Positions 30,580 through 40,876 of a stretch of 64,000 nucleotides of DNA are shown piece by piece. Both the position numbers and the translations under genes were made by a program. Each line of letters opens with the position of its first letter. Position 1 is the first letter of the stretch. The notes beneath the pieces were generated by a model. The model was not told where the DNA came from, made no database searches, and worked only from the letters and a program-made list of their open reading frames with translations. Origin of the DNA: Fibrobacteria bacterium (GTDB taxonomy: Bacteria; Fibrobacterota; Fibrobacteria; UBA11236). The stretch spans positions 95,180 to 159,179 of the forward strand of contig JAYTSD010000006.1 of assembly GCA_043745805.1 (NCBI GenBank), given 5' to 3'.

Positions 30580-30723
30580 AAAAAATCCTTTGTTCAGGCC
30601 CCAAATTTAGTAAAAACTCAGCCCTTCAAAAGCCGGCAGATATAGCTAATTTTGAAAATTAATGGATTGGGAATCTCTTTTCTAGTCCAGTAAGTATTCA
30701 CAGCTTTAACCTAAAGAGACCTT

Positions 30724-33621
30724 ATGCCTTTGAATCTCGGCCCCAGTGAAGTTTTTGCCTCTCGTCACATTGGCCCAAATCCGTCCGAAACTCAGGCCAT
30801 GTTGGCTGCTATTGGTTGTGATAGCGTGGAGCAATTGATTCAAAAAACCGTTCCTGCCAGCATTAAATTGCCTAAGGCTTTAAATATCCCTGCATTAGAA
30901 AGCGAAGCCATTTTTTTGGAGGAGTTAAAAGGCATTGCTAAAAAAAATCTGCTTTTCAAATCCTATATCGGCACAGGTTATTATCCCTGTTTAACTCCCC
31001 ATGTGATATTGCGTAACATTTTGGAAAATCCAGGATGGTATACAGCCTATACACCTTATCAAGCGGAAATTGCTCAAGGTCGTTTGGAAGCATTGATTAA
31101 TTTTCAAACCGTAGTCACCGATTTAACGGGATTAGAAATTGCGAATGCCTCATTACTCGATGAAGCCACCGCAGCGGCCGAAGCCATGGCTATGCTGTAT
31201 ACTTTGACTCGCGACGATAAACCCGAGGCGCAAGTTTTTTTCGCTTCGGATAAATGTCATCCGCAAACTTTAGATGTTTTACGCACGCGCTCCACACCAC
31301 TGGGAATTACTCTGGAAATAGGGGAAGTGAAAAACTTTGCTTTCGGAAAAAATATTTTTGGGGTGTTATTACAATATCCTGATACCGAAGGCATGATTTT
31401 TGACGCACATGATTTTTGTAACAAGGCACATGCGGAAGGAATTAAAGTAGGCTTTGCTTGCGATTTATTAAGTCTCACGATGTTGAAGTCTCCTGGCGAA
31501 ATGGGCGCTGATGTGGCTATTGGCTCTGCGCAACGCTTTGGAGTCCCCATGGGATATGGCGGGCCGCATGCTGCATTCTTTGCAACCCGTTTAGATTTCC
31601 GCCGCTTTATGCCTGGACGTATCATTGGTGTTTCGGTAGATGTACATGGCCATAGAGCTTATCGCATGGCTTTACAAACGCGCGAACAGCATATTCGTCG
31701 TGACAAAGCTACTAGTAATATTTGTACTTCGCAAGTGCTCTTAGCTGTGATGGCTGGCATGTATGCCGTATACCATGGCCCGCAGGGCTTGCTTGCCAAA
31801 GCTGAGCGCGTGCATGGATTGACGCGTGCATTGGCTGCCGAAGTGGAGAAGCTTGGCTGCCAAGTGATGCATGCCATTTATTTTGACACCTTAAAAATTA
31901 TTTTGCCTGCGGGTAAGCAAGTGCAGTTCTTACAAATAACCGCCTTGAATGCGGAAATGAATTTCCGTTATTATGCCGATGGTGCAGTGGGCATAAGTTT
32001 GGATGAAACGAGCAGCCTTGAGGACATTGTTGCCATTGTAGAGGTTTTTGCCAAAGCTTTAGAGCATAAAGCCGTGGTGGCTGACGAGGTCAAAAAACAC
32101 ATCGCTAGTATTCGTTTGGAATTAAATTGGCCAAAGACTTTATGCCGTCAAAGTACTTATTTAACGCATAGGGTATTTAATAGCTTTCATAGCGAAACCG
32201 AAATGTTACGTTATATCAAACGCTTAGAAAATAAAGATTTGTCTTTGAATACGTCGATGATACCTTTAGGTTCCTGTACCATGAAATTAAATGCCACGGC
32301 AGAGATGTTACCCGTAACCTGGCCGGAATTTGGTGCCTTGCATCCTTTTGTACCCGCCAATCAAGCTTTAGGCTATCGCGATATTTTTGACAGCCTTGAA
32401 AATGCTTTAGCCGAAATCACCGGATTGCCTGGTGTTTCGTTACAGCCTAATGCCGGTTCCCAAGGAGAATATGCAGGGCTTATGGTGATTCGCGCCTATC
32501 ACCATAATCGTAATGAAGCGCATCGTGATGTGGTATTGATTCCCTCTTCTGCTCATGGAACTAATCCTGCCACGGCCTCAATGGTTGGATTAAAAGTGGT
32601 AGTGGTTAAATGCGATGTGATGGGTAATATAGATGTTACGGACTTGGAAGCAAAAGTCTCCGAGTACGCGTCGCGTCTCTGCGCTTTAATGGTCACTTAC
32701 CCTTCAACGCATGGAGTATTTGAGGAAGCCATTGTGGGAATTTGCAAAACCATACATGAAAAGGGTGGCCAAGTTTATATGGATGGGGCAAATATGAATG
32801 CACAGGTAGGGCTTTGCAGTCCCGCCACTATTGGTGCCGATGTTTGTCATTTGAATTTGCATAAAACCTTTTGCATTCCGCATGGCGGCGGCGGTCCAGG
32901 TATGGGTCCAATTTGTGCGGCAGCGCATCTTAAACCTTTTTTACCGGGCCATGCTGTGGTAAAAACCGGAGGCGAAAAAGCCATCACGGCCATTTCGGCG
33001 GCTCCTTGGGGCAGTGCCAGTATTTTATTGATAAGCTGGGCTTATATCCGCTTGATGGGCGGAGCGAATTTACGGCGTGCTACAGCGTATGCCATATTAA
33101 ATGCCAATTATATTAAAGCGCGTTTGCAACAAGCCTATCCGGTATTGTATGAAGGCAAAAATGGAACCGTAGCGCATGAAATGATTTTAGATTGCCGTGC
33201 TTTTAAAAGTAGCGCAGGAGTAGAGGTGGAAGATATTGCTAAGCGTTTAATTGATTATGGGTATCATGCGCCTACCGTATCTTTTCCGGTACCGGGTACT
33301 TTGATGATTGAACCCACTGAAAGTGAAAATCAAGCCGAGCTCGATCGCTTTTGTGAATCCATGCTCAGTATACGTGCAGAGATTCGCGACATTGAAGACG
33401 GCCGCAGTGATAAGGCAGATAATGTTTTGAAAAATGCACCGCACACCGCGCAAGAAGCTTTGGTTGAGGAATGGAAACATGCCTATTCCCGTGAAAAGGC
33501 GGTATTCCCTTTAGCTTGGGTAAAAGCTTTTAAGTTCTGGCCGAGTGTGGGTCGTTTAAATAATGCTTATGGCGATAAAAATCTGGTTTGCGCCTGTCCA
33601 CCAATAGAAAGCTATATGTAG
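30724..33621 (+). CDS. gcvP: Glycine dehydrogenase (glycine cleavage P protein)
   Basis: [44 protein letters not shown]. Confidence 0.98.
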   Translation: MPLNLGPSEVFASRHIGPNPSETQAMLAAIGCDSVEQLIQKTVPASIKLPKALNIPALESEAIFLEELKGIAKKNLLFKSYIGTGYYPCLTPHVILRNILENPGWYTAYTPYQAEIAQGRLEALINFQTVVTDLTGLEIANASLLDEATAAAEAMAMLYTLTRDDKPEAQVFFASDKCHPQTLDVLRTRSTPLGITLEIGEVKNFAFGKNIFGVLLQYPDTEGMIFDAHDFCNKAHAEGIKVGFACDLLSLTMLKSPGEMGADVAIGSAQRFGVPMGYGGPHAAFFATRLDFRRFMPGRIIGVSVDVHGHRAYRMALQTREQHIRRDKATSNICTSQVLLAVMAGMYAVYHGPQGLLAKAERVHGLTRALAAEVEKLGCQVMHAIYFDTLKIILPAGKQVQFLQITALNAEMNFRYYADGAVGISLDETSSLEDIVAIVEVFAKALEHKAVVADEVKKHIASIRLELNWPKTLCRQSTYLTHRVFNSFHSETEMLRYIKRLENKDLSLNTSMIPLGSCTMKLNATAEMLPVTWPEFGALHPFVPANQALGYRDIFDSLENALAEITGLPGVSLQPNAGSQGEYAGLMVIRAYHHNRNEAHRDVVLIPSSAHGTNPATASMVGLKVVVVKCDVMGNIDVTDLEAKVSEYASRLCALMVTYPSTHGVFEEAIVGICKTIHEKGGQVYMDGANMNAQVGLCSPATIGADVCHLNLHKTFCIPHGGGGPGMGPICAAAHLKPFLPGHAVVKTGGEKAITAISAAPWGSASILLISWAYIRLMGGANLRRATAYAILNANYIKARLQQAYPVLYEGKNGTVAHEMILDCRAFKSSAGVEVEDIAKRLIDYGYHAPTVSFPVPGTLMIEPTESENQAELDRFCESMLSIRAEIRDIEDGRSDKADNVLKNAPHTAQEALVEEWKHAYSREKAVFPLAWVKAFKFWPSVGRLNNAYGDKNLVCACPPIESYM

Positions 33622-33629
33622 TAAAGGGA

Positions 33630-33659
33630 TTCTAAGGTAACTTATGTGTTACATTAGAA
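33630..33659. terminator. Hairpin between convergent gcvP and mglB
   Basis: TTCTAAGGTAAC / GTTACATTAGAA, 12 bp with 1 mismatch. Confidence 0.5.
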
Positions 33660-33683
33660 ATGCGCTCAGTTTTTGGTTTTGCT

Positions 33684-34169
33684 TTAGTGTTGGTCGGGAA
33701 AAATATTATCGATTTGATTGGATACATCTTGCCCATGATCGACGTCGGGCATGGTGTCGCTAAACTCATTCTTGCGAATATCTAATAACACTTCTACAAG
33801 TTTCGCTTTAGCTTGATTGGCAATCATTTTAACTAAACCTAAATTGGTGCGATCATCGAAAATCAAAACCATAATCACATCTTCATCCACTAAAGAAATA
33901 TGAATATTTTCTTTTTCCCCTTGATGAAACATTACGGAAAACTCTTGCTCCCCAATAAGCGAAGCAATGGCGCGAGTTGAAGCAAAGCTGCCAGCGGCTA
34001 GGGCTGCAAGGCTAGTAACATCTATTTTAGGAGTGAATCCAACTTGGGAAATTAAATTTCCATCTTTATTCACCAAAAGCACATAGCTTGAGGCGCTTTC
34101 TGTGATTAAATGGGATAAAATTTTACTGAGGCGATCGATATCCTCTTTATAAAGAACAAAATCACCCAT
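33684..34169 (-). CDS. mglB: MglB roadblock/LC7 GTPase-activating protein
   Basis: LVNKDGNLIS, TSLAALAAG, LIGEQEF..FHQG, IFDDRTNLGLV and C-terminal IDNIF helix match the myxobacterial MglB pattern. Confidence 0.88.
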   Translation of the reverse strand: MGDFVLYKEDIDRLSKILSHLITESASSYVLLVNKDGNLISQVGFTPKIDVTSLAALAAGSFASTRAIASLIGEQEFSVMFHQGEKENIHISLVDEDVIMVLIFDDRTNLGLVKMIANQAKAKLVEVLLDIRKNEFSDTMPDVDHGQDVSNQIDNIFPDQH

Positions 34170-36016
34170 TATTTGTCTTTATTAAAGAGGCCACCAAAAA
34201 ACCCTTTTTTCTTTTCCGTAGGATTCGGTAACTTTTTGGTTTTGAAATCTTGTTTGGCCATATCTTCATAAGTCGAAACTATGCCGCTATTATCTTCGAA
34301 AGCCCCAAATTGAGAAAAGGGAGAGGGCTTTGAAGCCTGTGGAGCTGTAGCTGGAGGCAACTCTTGTTGTTGCGGGGGCATTCCAATTTCAGGTGGAGGC
34401 GTTAAGGGCCTTAGATTTGGATTTCTAGGTTGGGGAGGATTAAATCCTGATTGTGAAAAATTTGGAAACCCTCCCGATGCTTCAGTATTTGGCTGTGAAA
34501 GGGGTGCTTGGGGGGGGCTTCCAAATCCACCATAATTTATGGTTGGAGCTGGAGGGCTTGGTGGACTAGGGTTAGAGGAAGGTGAAAAACCTTGACCTGC
34601 ATTAAATGGCGAGGCCACGGGTCCTGGTGCTCCAAAAGGGTTGCTTGGGGGCGCTGCAAAAGGATTTGCCGCCGGAGCCGCAAAGGGATTCGCTGCAGGA
34701 GTTAAACCTGCGGGAGGCGCAAAAGTGGATTCGCTTTTAGCATTAGGATTAGCAAAAGAATTTAAAAATGGAGATACCGGAACATTTGGTTTAGCAGGGT
34801 TGCCAAAACCTAAGCCAGGAGCCGCTGGCATAGCAGGTATTGGGGGTGTCGGTGAGGTTGGGGCTCCGGGGAACGGTCGGAATTCACTGGGCGAACCTAA
34901 AAAGGGATTGGATGCAGGGGATGGCCTTGGCGCTGGGGCTTGTGAGGCTCCTGGCATTTGTCCTGGAAAGGGCGAAGGGAATGGTGTGCTACCTGCTGGT
35001 GGGGCTGGATTGCCAAGCCCTGCAGATTGAAATGGATTTCCAGTAGGCGGCGAAAAGCCAGAAAGTGGGCCTTGTGCTGGACCTTTGGGTTCAGGAATAT
35101 TAAGTGGGGTTCCAAAGCCAGGTGCGGGAAAAGTAAGCGGTGGTTTATTGACCGCAGGATTAGCAAAGGGATTTGCCACCGGAGCCGCAAAAGGGCTTGT
35201 CGGTGGGGTTTGAAAAGATGGAGCCGAAGGCGTGGCGAATGGATTGGCATTAGGCGCAGGGGACGCAAAAGGATTGGGTGCTGCGGCAAAGGGATTCGCT
35301 GGTGCAAGAGGCGTTACAGGGCGAGCGGGAATAATTGGTTGTTGTGGCGCGCGTGGAGGTGCAGCAGGAGCCGCAGCCGCGGGGGCTTGACCACCTGCTG
35401 GCATAGGCCGTCGTGTGCCTTGAAAACCAGAATATTTTGCATTGAATTTATCAATAACCGATTTACCAATGGCTTTAAGCGTGGTGAAAACACCTACACC
35501 CGTTGCGGCTACAGCTTCATAGCAAGGGGAACGATATTTATTTACCAACTTATTTAATTCATCTACGGAATAAACATTGGGTAAATCTCTTTTATTGTAT
35601 TGCAAAACTAAGGGAATGGTTTCTAAGGAATGTCCATACTCTCTTAAATTTTCTTCGAGATTGGCAAAGCTTTCCAAATTTTCTTGGAGTTTATCACTTT
35701 GAGAATCCACCACAAAGACTACGCCATCGACACCGCGCAGCACTAGCTTGCGTGTGGCATTATAATAGACTTGACCCGGTACGGTATAGAGTTGGAACTT
35801 AGTATTAAAACCTTTAATCGATCCCAAATCTAAGGGTAAGAAATCGAAAAATAAAGTGCGATCGGTTTCCGTTGCAAGTGATACCATTTCGCTTTTATCT
35901 TTATCGGGAATTTTCCGATGAATGATTTGCAAATTCGTAGTCTTACCACTTAACCCAGGACCATAATAAACGATCTTACAGCTGATCTCTCGGGTTGCAT
36001 AATTAATTGAGGCCAC
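34169..36016 (-). CDS. mglA: MglA small GTPase with long Pro-rich C-terminal extension
   Basis: GTG start; KIVYYGPGLSGKTTN, ETDRTLFFDF, TVPGQ, QYNKRDL in the first ~195 aa, then a ~420-aa P/A/G/S/F-rich tail. Confidence 0.92.
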   Translation of the reverse strand: MASINYATREISCKIVYYGPGLSGKTTNLQIIHRKIPDKDKSEMVSLATETDRTLFFDFLPLDLGSIKGFNTKFQLYTVPGQVYYNATRKLVLRGVDGVVFVVDSQSDKLQENLESFANLEENLREYGHSLETIPLVLQYNKRDLPNVYSVDELNKLVNKYRSPCYEAVAATGVGVFTTLKAIGKSVIDKFNAKYSGFQGTRRPMPAGGQAPAAAAPAAPPRAPQQPIIPARPVTPLAPANPFAAAPNPFASPAPNANPFATPSAPSFQTPPTSPFAAPVANPFANPAVNKPPLTFPAPGFGTPLNIPEPKGPAQGPLSGFSPPTGNPFQSAGLGNPAPPAGSTPFPSPFPGQMPGASQAPAPRPSPASNPFLGSPSEFRPFPGAPTSPTPPIPAMPAAPGLGFGNPAKPNVPVSPFLNSFANPNAKSESTFAPPAGLTPAANPFAAPAANPFAAPPSNPFGAPGPVASPFNAGQGFSPSSNPSPPSPPAPTINYGGFGSPPQAPLSQPNTEASGGFPNFSQSGFNPPQPRNPNLRPLTPPPEIGMPPQQQELPPATAPQASKPSPFSQFGAFEDNSGIVSTYEDMAKQDFKTKKLPNPTEKKKGFFGGLFNKDK

Positions 36017-36030
36017 AGAGACTTCCTTGT

Positions 36031-36363
36031 TTACTTAATGAGAGGACTGATTTGAGATATTTCTACCCTGATCAAACCTGTGTTCGCCTGGTAATCTGCC
36101 AGCACGACTAAATATCCCAATTCTACCACTTGTACAAAAAATTTACCTTCACTTGCTTCAATCATGGTTTGCAATAAGATGCCACTTTGGCTCTGTGCAA
36201 TCAATTTGCCTGCAACCTGTTGAACCGAAACAATTAAAGCGCTGATAAGCTCGGAAGCTACTGGCCTACGGAATGCTGAGATAATCTCAATTCCGTCTTG
36301 GCTCACGATGCTTGAACCTGTCACCCCTTTAATTTGGTTAATTCTTTCCAATATAGATAACAT
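36031..36363 (-). CDS. Roadblock/LC7 domain protein (MglB/MglC-like)
   Basis: GVTGSSIVSQDGIEI..MIEASEGKFFV..LVVLA..NTGLIRVE; ATG at 36363. Confidence 0.8.
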   Translation of the reverse strand: MLSILERINQIKGVTGSSIVSQDGIEIISAFRRPVASELISALIVSVQQVAGKLIAQSQSGILLQTMIEASEGKFFVQVVELGYLVVLADYQANTGLIRVEISQISPLIK

Positions 36364-36367
36364 TTTT

Positions 36368-36793
36368 TTATCCCCGCAAGTAACTCTGTGCATGTAAAAG
36401 CTGCACAATGGCTTGGGCTCCCCGTTCTATCCGAAATTTAAATAGGTCATAACTGCCTTTTGTGCCGGAAATCATAAGAAAAAAAAGATTAGAGCGCCCT
36501 AGATTGATGATTTGATAAAATTTTTCGTCGCTATAAGTGACTTGGCTTTCCATGAAATGCAAACCCACTCGACTTAATTGTTGTATACTTGCCAAAAAAT
36601 TGCTCAATAAATAGGGAGCATAAATCATTAATTCAGCGGAAGAATTTTCACCTTTAGCCATGATCAGTCCTTCGGGGCTGAATAACAAAGCTCCTTCAAT
36701 TCCATTCACTAAACTTAAATACCCTAAACATTGATCGAAATCTTGGGATTCGACCAAGTTATTGATGCTCATAGGATTAAGTGTTTTATTCAT
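36368..36793 (-). CDS. Roadblock/LC7-like protein
   Basis: GIEGALLFSPEGLIMA motif, roadblock-like size and alpha/beta pattern. Confidence 0.6.
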   Translation of the reverse strand: MNKTLNPMSINNLVESQDFDQCLGYLSLVNGIEGALLFSPEGLIMAKGENSSAELMIYAPYLLSNFLASIQQLSRVGLHFMESQVTYSDEKFYQIINLGRSNLFFLMISGTKGSYDLFKFRIERGAQAIVQLLHAQSYLRG

Positions 36794-37641
36794 GAGACTG
36801 TGGATAATCTCGCTTCATTTTGATTTTGTTGATAAATATTTTCGGCTCGCACTAAGGTGAGTAAAGATTGTTGAAAGGGGCCAGTAATTAAAGCCACATT
36901 TTCATCACGACCATGAAAACTAGTAAGTGTTAATTGTTCAAAAGCAAAGCAAATTTTAAAAATAGCACCCGCTTCTAATCCACGACAAGCAGCTTCTAAT
37001 CCACGGGGTAAACTTTCTTCAATAATTTTTTGCATCTTTCCTAAACTTACGTCACGAATTTGAGAAAATCGTCGGCCTTGTAAGCCGCCCCAAAGCATAA
37101 ATCCACGGGTTTTTTCATCTTCCAAAACGGGAATATAACGCATAGGGATTTCGCCCAAAGACAGAGAATCTTTTACCGGTAAGGTAGGCAAACCCTCTTC
37201 CGGTTGATACTCCTGAAGCTCTTCTAAAGTGGTTTCCTTTAATTTGGGATCAAGCGTTGCCGGAGGTTGTAAAACAGTTTTTGCAATTAATTCGGGATGT
37301 AATTTTGCATGTTCAAGTTCATCGGAAATACAAACTTGTAATAAAGAAAGGGCCGTAATGTCTTGCGGGTTTTGTTCAACTCTAGCCAAAAGTTTGTTTT
37401 TGGCGAGTGTAAAATTTTCTTTAGCGATAAATATTTGCGTGCGCAAATAAAATAATAAATCCTTATAAGCTGCTTCGGTACGGGTATCAAATTGAAAAAG
37501 TACATGTTCCGCTAAATCAAATTTACCCGCACGAATTAATTGTAAGGCATAGGCAAAAGTGCCGGAACGCAGTAGTAAGTTCCGACTAACGGATTCTTCA
37601 AATATCGCCTCAGTGGCGGATTTCACAAAAACTGAACTCAT
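36790..37641 (-). CDS. TPR-like + degenerate roadblock-like domain protein
   Basis: TPR-like helices (ALQLIRAGKFDLAE; AK..L...VEQNPQDITA), acidic/Pro linker, C-terminal alpha/beta region (RGFMLWG..GAIFKICF..VALITG). Confidence 0.5.
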   Translation of the reverse strand: MSSVFVKSATEAIFEESVSRNLLLRSGTFAYALQLIRAGKFDLAEHVLFQFDTRTEAAYKDLLFYLRTQIFIAKENFTLAKNKLLARVEQNPQDITALSLLQVCISDELEHAKLHPELIAKTVLQPPATLDPKLKETTLEELQEYQPEEGLPTLPVKDSLSLGEIPMRYIPVLEDEKTRGFMLWGGLQGRRFSQIRDVSLGKMQKIIEESLPRGLEAACRGLEAGAIFKICFAFEQLTLTSFHGRDENVALITGPFQQSLLTLVRAENIYQQNQNEARLSTVS

Positions 37642-37642
37642 T

Positions 37643-38713
37643 TTATTTAAATTCGAACTCTCTATCGTTTATCTTACGATATGGAATCTCGCGTCCCCTT
37701 TTATTCTTTAACTCTCTAGGTGCAAAAATATCTTCTTTCACCATAACCGCAAGGTTTTTTGGGAAATTATCATTTTTGTATGCATAATCTATTAATAATG
37801 CTTCGATATTCTCCTGTTTCAATTGATCTTCTATACGCGCTTGATTTTGATTCATCAAAAGCGTGGAGCCACCCCATAGGGCAACAATAATAAAACGCAT
37901 AAGCAAGGCGCATACAAAAATAAAACCGGCGACCCCTAATACCAAGGTGGTTTTATGTTCTTTTTCCGAAGGTTGATATTTGGCCCGCGAGGTTTCCGGC
38001 GAATGAGGAATTTGTTCGGCAGGCTCTATATGGCCACGATTCCATAATCCGAGAATCATTTCATATAAACGAAAGGTGCCGAAAGGCATTTCTTTTTCGA
38101 GTTGCTTTAAGGTTTTGCGACCATTTATTTTTTCCCAGAGCGCATGTTCCCAGCTTTGATCATCGCCATCATTATAAATATCACTGATTTTACGAAACAC
38201 TAAAGTGTCTTCGGGAAGCGATTCTTTTAGCCGCGGCCAATCATCAATGCGGCGCATGCCTTCCATACAAGCAAATTCCGTAGAAATACTTTGTACAAAA
38301 CCCGCCTGACTTTTTTGGCCTGTGGTAAAATCATAATGTCCTTCCGTCCAAGCAAATAAATCACAGATCATATCTTCGGCAGCCAGTTGCAGCCATGATT
38401 CTTTTTCTTCTTCGGTTGCATGGCCTTTAGCCACGAGGGTAGTAAGTAAAGGACGATTTACTTGTTGCGAGAGATTTTGTAAAAGTTGAAAGTCTTCGGA
38501 AGAGATACGGCCCGATTCAATGAGCATTTCTCGAATTTTATTTTCGGGATTTTGTAAACCATTGCGCACGCTAGTTATCGTGCCTTGGGATAAAGATATT
38601 TCGGACTTTTCTTTTCCTCGGGTTAAGGTCAAGTTGCCGGTTTTTTTCTGCTGCAATAAAAGTTGTAAAATGTCGGGTAAAGAAAAATCTTCCAATTGGC
38701 CAGAAAGTATCAT
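37643..38713 (-). CDS. DUF4388-like domain protein with C-terminal TM
   Basis: LSGQLEDFSLPDILQLL..KKTGNL, LFAWTEGHYDF, MEGMRRIDDW. ATG at 38713 overlaps the upstream TGA. Confidence 0.8.
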   Translation of the reverse strand: MILSGQLEDFSLPDILQLLLQQKKTGNLTLTRGKEKSEISLSQGTITSVRNGLQNPENKIREMLIESGRISSEDFQLLQNLSQQVNRPLLTTLVAKGHATEEEKESWLQLAAEDMICDLFAWTEGHYDFTTGQKSQAGFVQSISTEFACMEGMRRIDDWPRLKESLPEDTLVFRKISDIYNDGDDQSWEHALWEKINGRKTLKQLEKEMPFGTFRLYEMILGLWNRGHIEPAEQIPHSPETSRAKYQPSEKEHKTTLVLGVAGFIFVCALLMRFIIVALWGGSTLLMNQNQARIEDQLKQENIEALLIDYAYKNDNFPKNLAVMVKEDIFAPRELKNKRGREIPYRKINDREFEFK

Positions 38714-40872
38714 ATGAAGTTTTCCTTCGGCACACCCGTTGAGGAATAGGTTAATTGGCCTATAGATCCTCGTAGGAGTTTGATAATAAAAATGGAATAC
38801 AATAGCAGTAAGGGAATCCAAACTAAACCATGCAAAGGCCCCAATACATAGTCAGGATAGGTTTTAACCAGATGATGAATTTGATAAATACCGGCGATTA
38901 AAAAAGAATTAATTAGCATCCACAAATAACGGCCTTTTTGACTTCCCATATACAAAGTACCAGAGCCGGGAAAAGCGGCATTTAAGATTTTCCCAAAGAG
39001 ATTGGGAACCAAGATACTTTGCTTTTTTAAACGATCCATAATATCGATGCGCAAGCGACCATCATTAATACCTGCCAAGGCCTTATAACATTCTTGACAA
39101 TGAATGCCTTTGCGACAGACTACACAAGTTGTTTTATTACAGATTTTACAGCGAAAGGTTTTGCGTCCATGAGTAATATGCGAGTAACCTCGATAGCGGA
39201 AAAAAATATAAAGACAAGCAGCACTGGCTAGGATAAAAATAAATAAAGCGGGATAAACAAAAATACCTGAGGTTATTGGAGCCTGTTGAAAATTAAAAGA
39301 CAATACGGTTTCTAAAAGTTCATTTCCAATTAAAGAAATACGGGGTAACAAATCCATGACTTTGCGATTGGGAGGAAGAGAAGGAAAATGCTCATCATTA
39401 TTTTTTAAAAATAAAGTCATAAAAGGCGCATCTAATTCTGCGGCGCGATCCAAAAATTCTTTATGTTGATAAGAATTGTTATTGTAAAGCTGAGTTTGGC
39501 TGGCATTGAACCACAATTCGGAATAATTGGGAGCCACGGCTGTGGCCTGTGCATAAGTATGCGCGGCTTTATCGAAGTCCGAAAGAATCATGGCCAAATT
39601 CGCTTCGGCATTTAGTCCATAGGCATTTGAGGAAATCAATAAATTGGCTTTGTCGGATAGCTCTTGGGCTTTACGGTAATTCCCTTGTTTGCGATAAAGT
39701 ATGGACGCCGCGAGCGTAGCAAAAAACTGTTCCTCTTTATCTTTGGGAGCTAAGGATGTTAAGGTTTTTTCTCTTTCGGACTCATACCCTCGCAAAGCGC
39801 TTTGATCATAAAGATGGAGACCGCCTTTTGGATCTAAATGACGATAAAAAACACTTTCTATCAGCAAAGAAAAGGGCAAAAGAAAAATCGCCAGCAAACA
39901 AAATTTTAAAAAACCTTTTTCAAAAGGATTGGTTACTTTCCACAGTAATAATACGGCTATTAATGCCAGCGACACACCTCCACAACCAATGGCCCATAGG
40001 CTGCAAAAGCCAAGAGCAATAGCAGCATAACGTACGGAAATCTCTACCTCGCGCGGCAGCTTTTCAGCCCAAAGATGGGTGACTTGAGTAAAATGACGTA
40101 ACCCCAATGTTAATAATCCTAACCCACAGAAAAGACTTATGCCAAGGCGCAAAGCTTGTAAAAAATTAAGCCAGATAAAACTTTGGCTTTCATAATAAAG
40201 TGAAAGTTGAAAAATATCCGAAACATATTTCCAAATGCCATCAAAGTCCCATTTCCACATGACACTTCCGCGCATAAGAAGTTCCATACGCATAAAGGGA
40301 ATCCACGGCGAAAGGGGATCTAATTCTTCGGCAAAGTTTAAAGCATGTTGCACTAAGGGCATTTGTTTTTGTGCTAATCCTTCACGGACTTGCAAAAGCG
40401 ACATTTTGGCTAATTCAGGTGCTTGTATATATCCCTTTTCTAAGAGCACATGTAAAGTTTCTTTTTCGAAAATTAAAGCTTGGGTAAAAAGTTTTTGCTC
40501 GGTTAGAATACGCGCCAATTCATAGTTAACGGCCGCGTCACCTTGGGAAAAAACTAAGGCTTCGGTTAGCGCTTGATCGCTTAAACTGGGATTAGCCATA
40601 GCTAAAGCGATTTGTGCAAAAGCCTTAGCCGCCTTTGAAGGAGGAGGATTGCTAGCATTCCAAACATTTAATGCGGCTACAAAATTTTCTTTTTCGGCAA
40701 CCGTGGTTTTTTGAGCGAAAATATGTGCGGCTGAAGGGACTCGACTAATCAATTCCCATTTGGCAGATAAAGTTCTTTTTTCATTCTCTAAAAGGGAGTT
40801 TTGGGCAAAAAGATTTTGTCCTACTGAGCCTATGAGAAGGCCGATTAAACAGGTCAGTCGCAAGATAGGCAA
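38710..40872 (-). CDS. Multi-pass membrane TPR protein with Cys cluster
   Basis: Signal peptide, TPR-like helices, several TMs, CKIC..CVVC..CQEC, FPGSG hairpin. Confidence 0.7.
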   Translation of the reverse strand: MPILRLTCLIGLLIGSVGQNLFAQNSLLENEKRTLSAKWELISRVPSAAHIFAQKTTVAEKENFVAALNVWNASNPPPSKAAKAFAQIALAMANPSLSDQALTEALVFSQGDAAVNYELARILTEQKLFTQALIFEKETLHVLLEKGYIQAPELAKMSLLQVREGLAQKQMPLVQHALNFAEELDPLSPWIPFMRMELLMRGSVMWKWDFDGIWKYVSDIFQLSLYYESQSFIWLNFLQALRLGISLFCGLGLLTLGLRHFTQVTHLWAEKLPREVEISVRYAAIALGFCSLWAIGCGGVSLALIAVLLLWKVTNPFEKGFLKFCLLAIFLLPFSLLIESVFYRHLDPKGGLHLYDQSALRGYESEREKTLTSLAPKDKEEQFFATLAASILYRKQGNYRKAQELSDKANLLISSNAYGLNAEANLAMILSDFDKAAHTYAQATAVAPNYSELWFNASQTQLYNNNSYQHKEFLDRAAELDAPFMTLFLKNNDEHFPSLPPNRKVMDLLPRISLIGNELLETVLSFNFQQAPITSGIFVYPALFIFILASAACLYIFFRYRGYSHITHGRKTFRCKICNKTTCVVCRKGIHCQECYKALAGINDGRLRIDIMDRLKKQSILVPNLFGKILNAAFPGSGTLYMGSQKGRYLWMLINSFLIAGIYQIHHLVKTYPDYVLGPLHGLVWIPLLLLYSIFIIKLLRGSIGQLTYSSTGVPKENFI

Positions 40873-40876
40873 AAGG

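Noticed and set aside
30580-30723. Glycine riboswitch upstream of gcvP
   Set aside because: The region is short, AT-rich, shared with divergent asd, and lacks recognisable aptamer motifs.
34600-35310. Recurring AAAGGATT/AAGGGATT words as a CRISPR or DNA repeat array
   Set aside because: Irregular spacing and synonymous variation; they simply encode NPF motifs.
34641-35557. Gly-rich and Arg/Trp-rich ORFs overlapping the mglA tail
   Set aside because: Shadows of GC-rich Pro/Ala codons (antisense or alternate frame) with no independent start signals.
38714-38821. Longer N-terminus for the DUF4388 ORF (similarly the extended starts at 8781, 14730, 36408, 43450, 56964)
   Set aside because: Downstream ATGs fit stop/start overlaps, promoter geometry or domain starts better.
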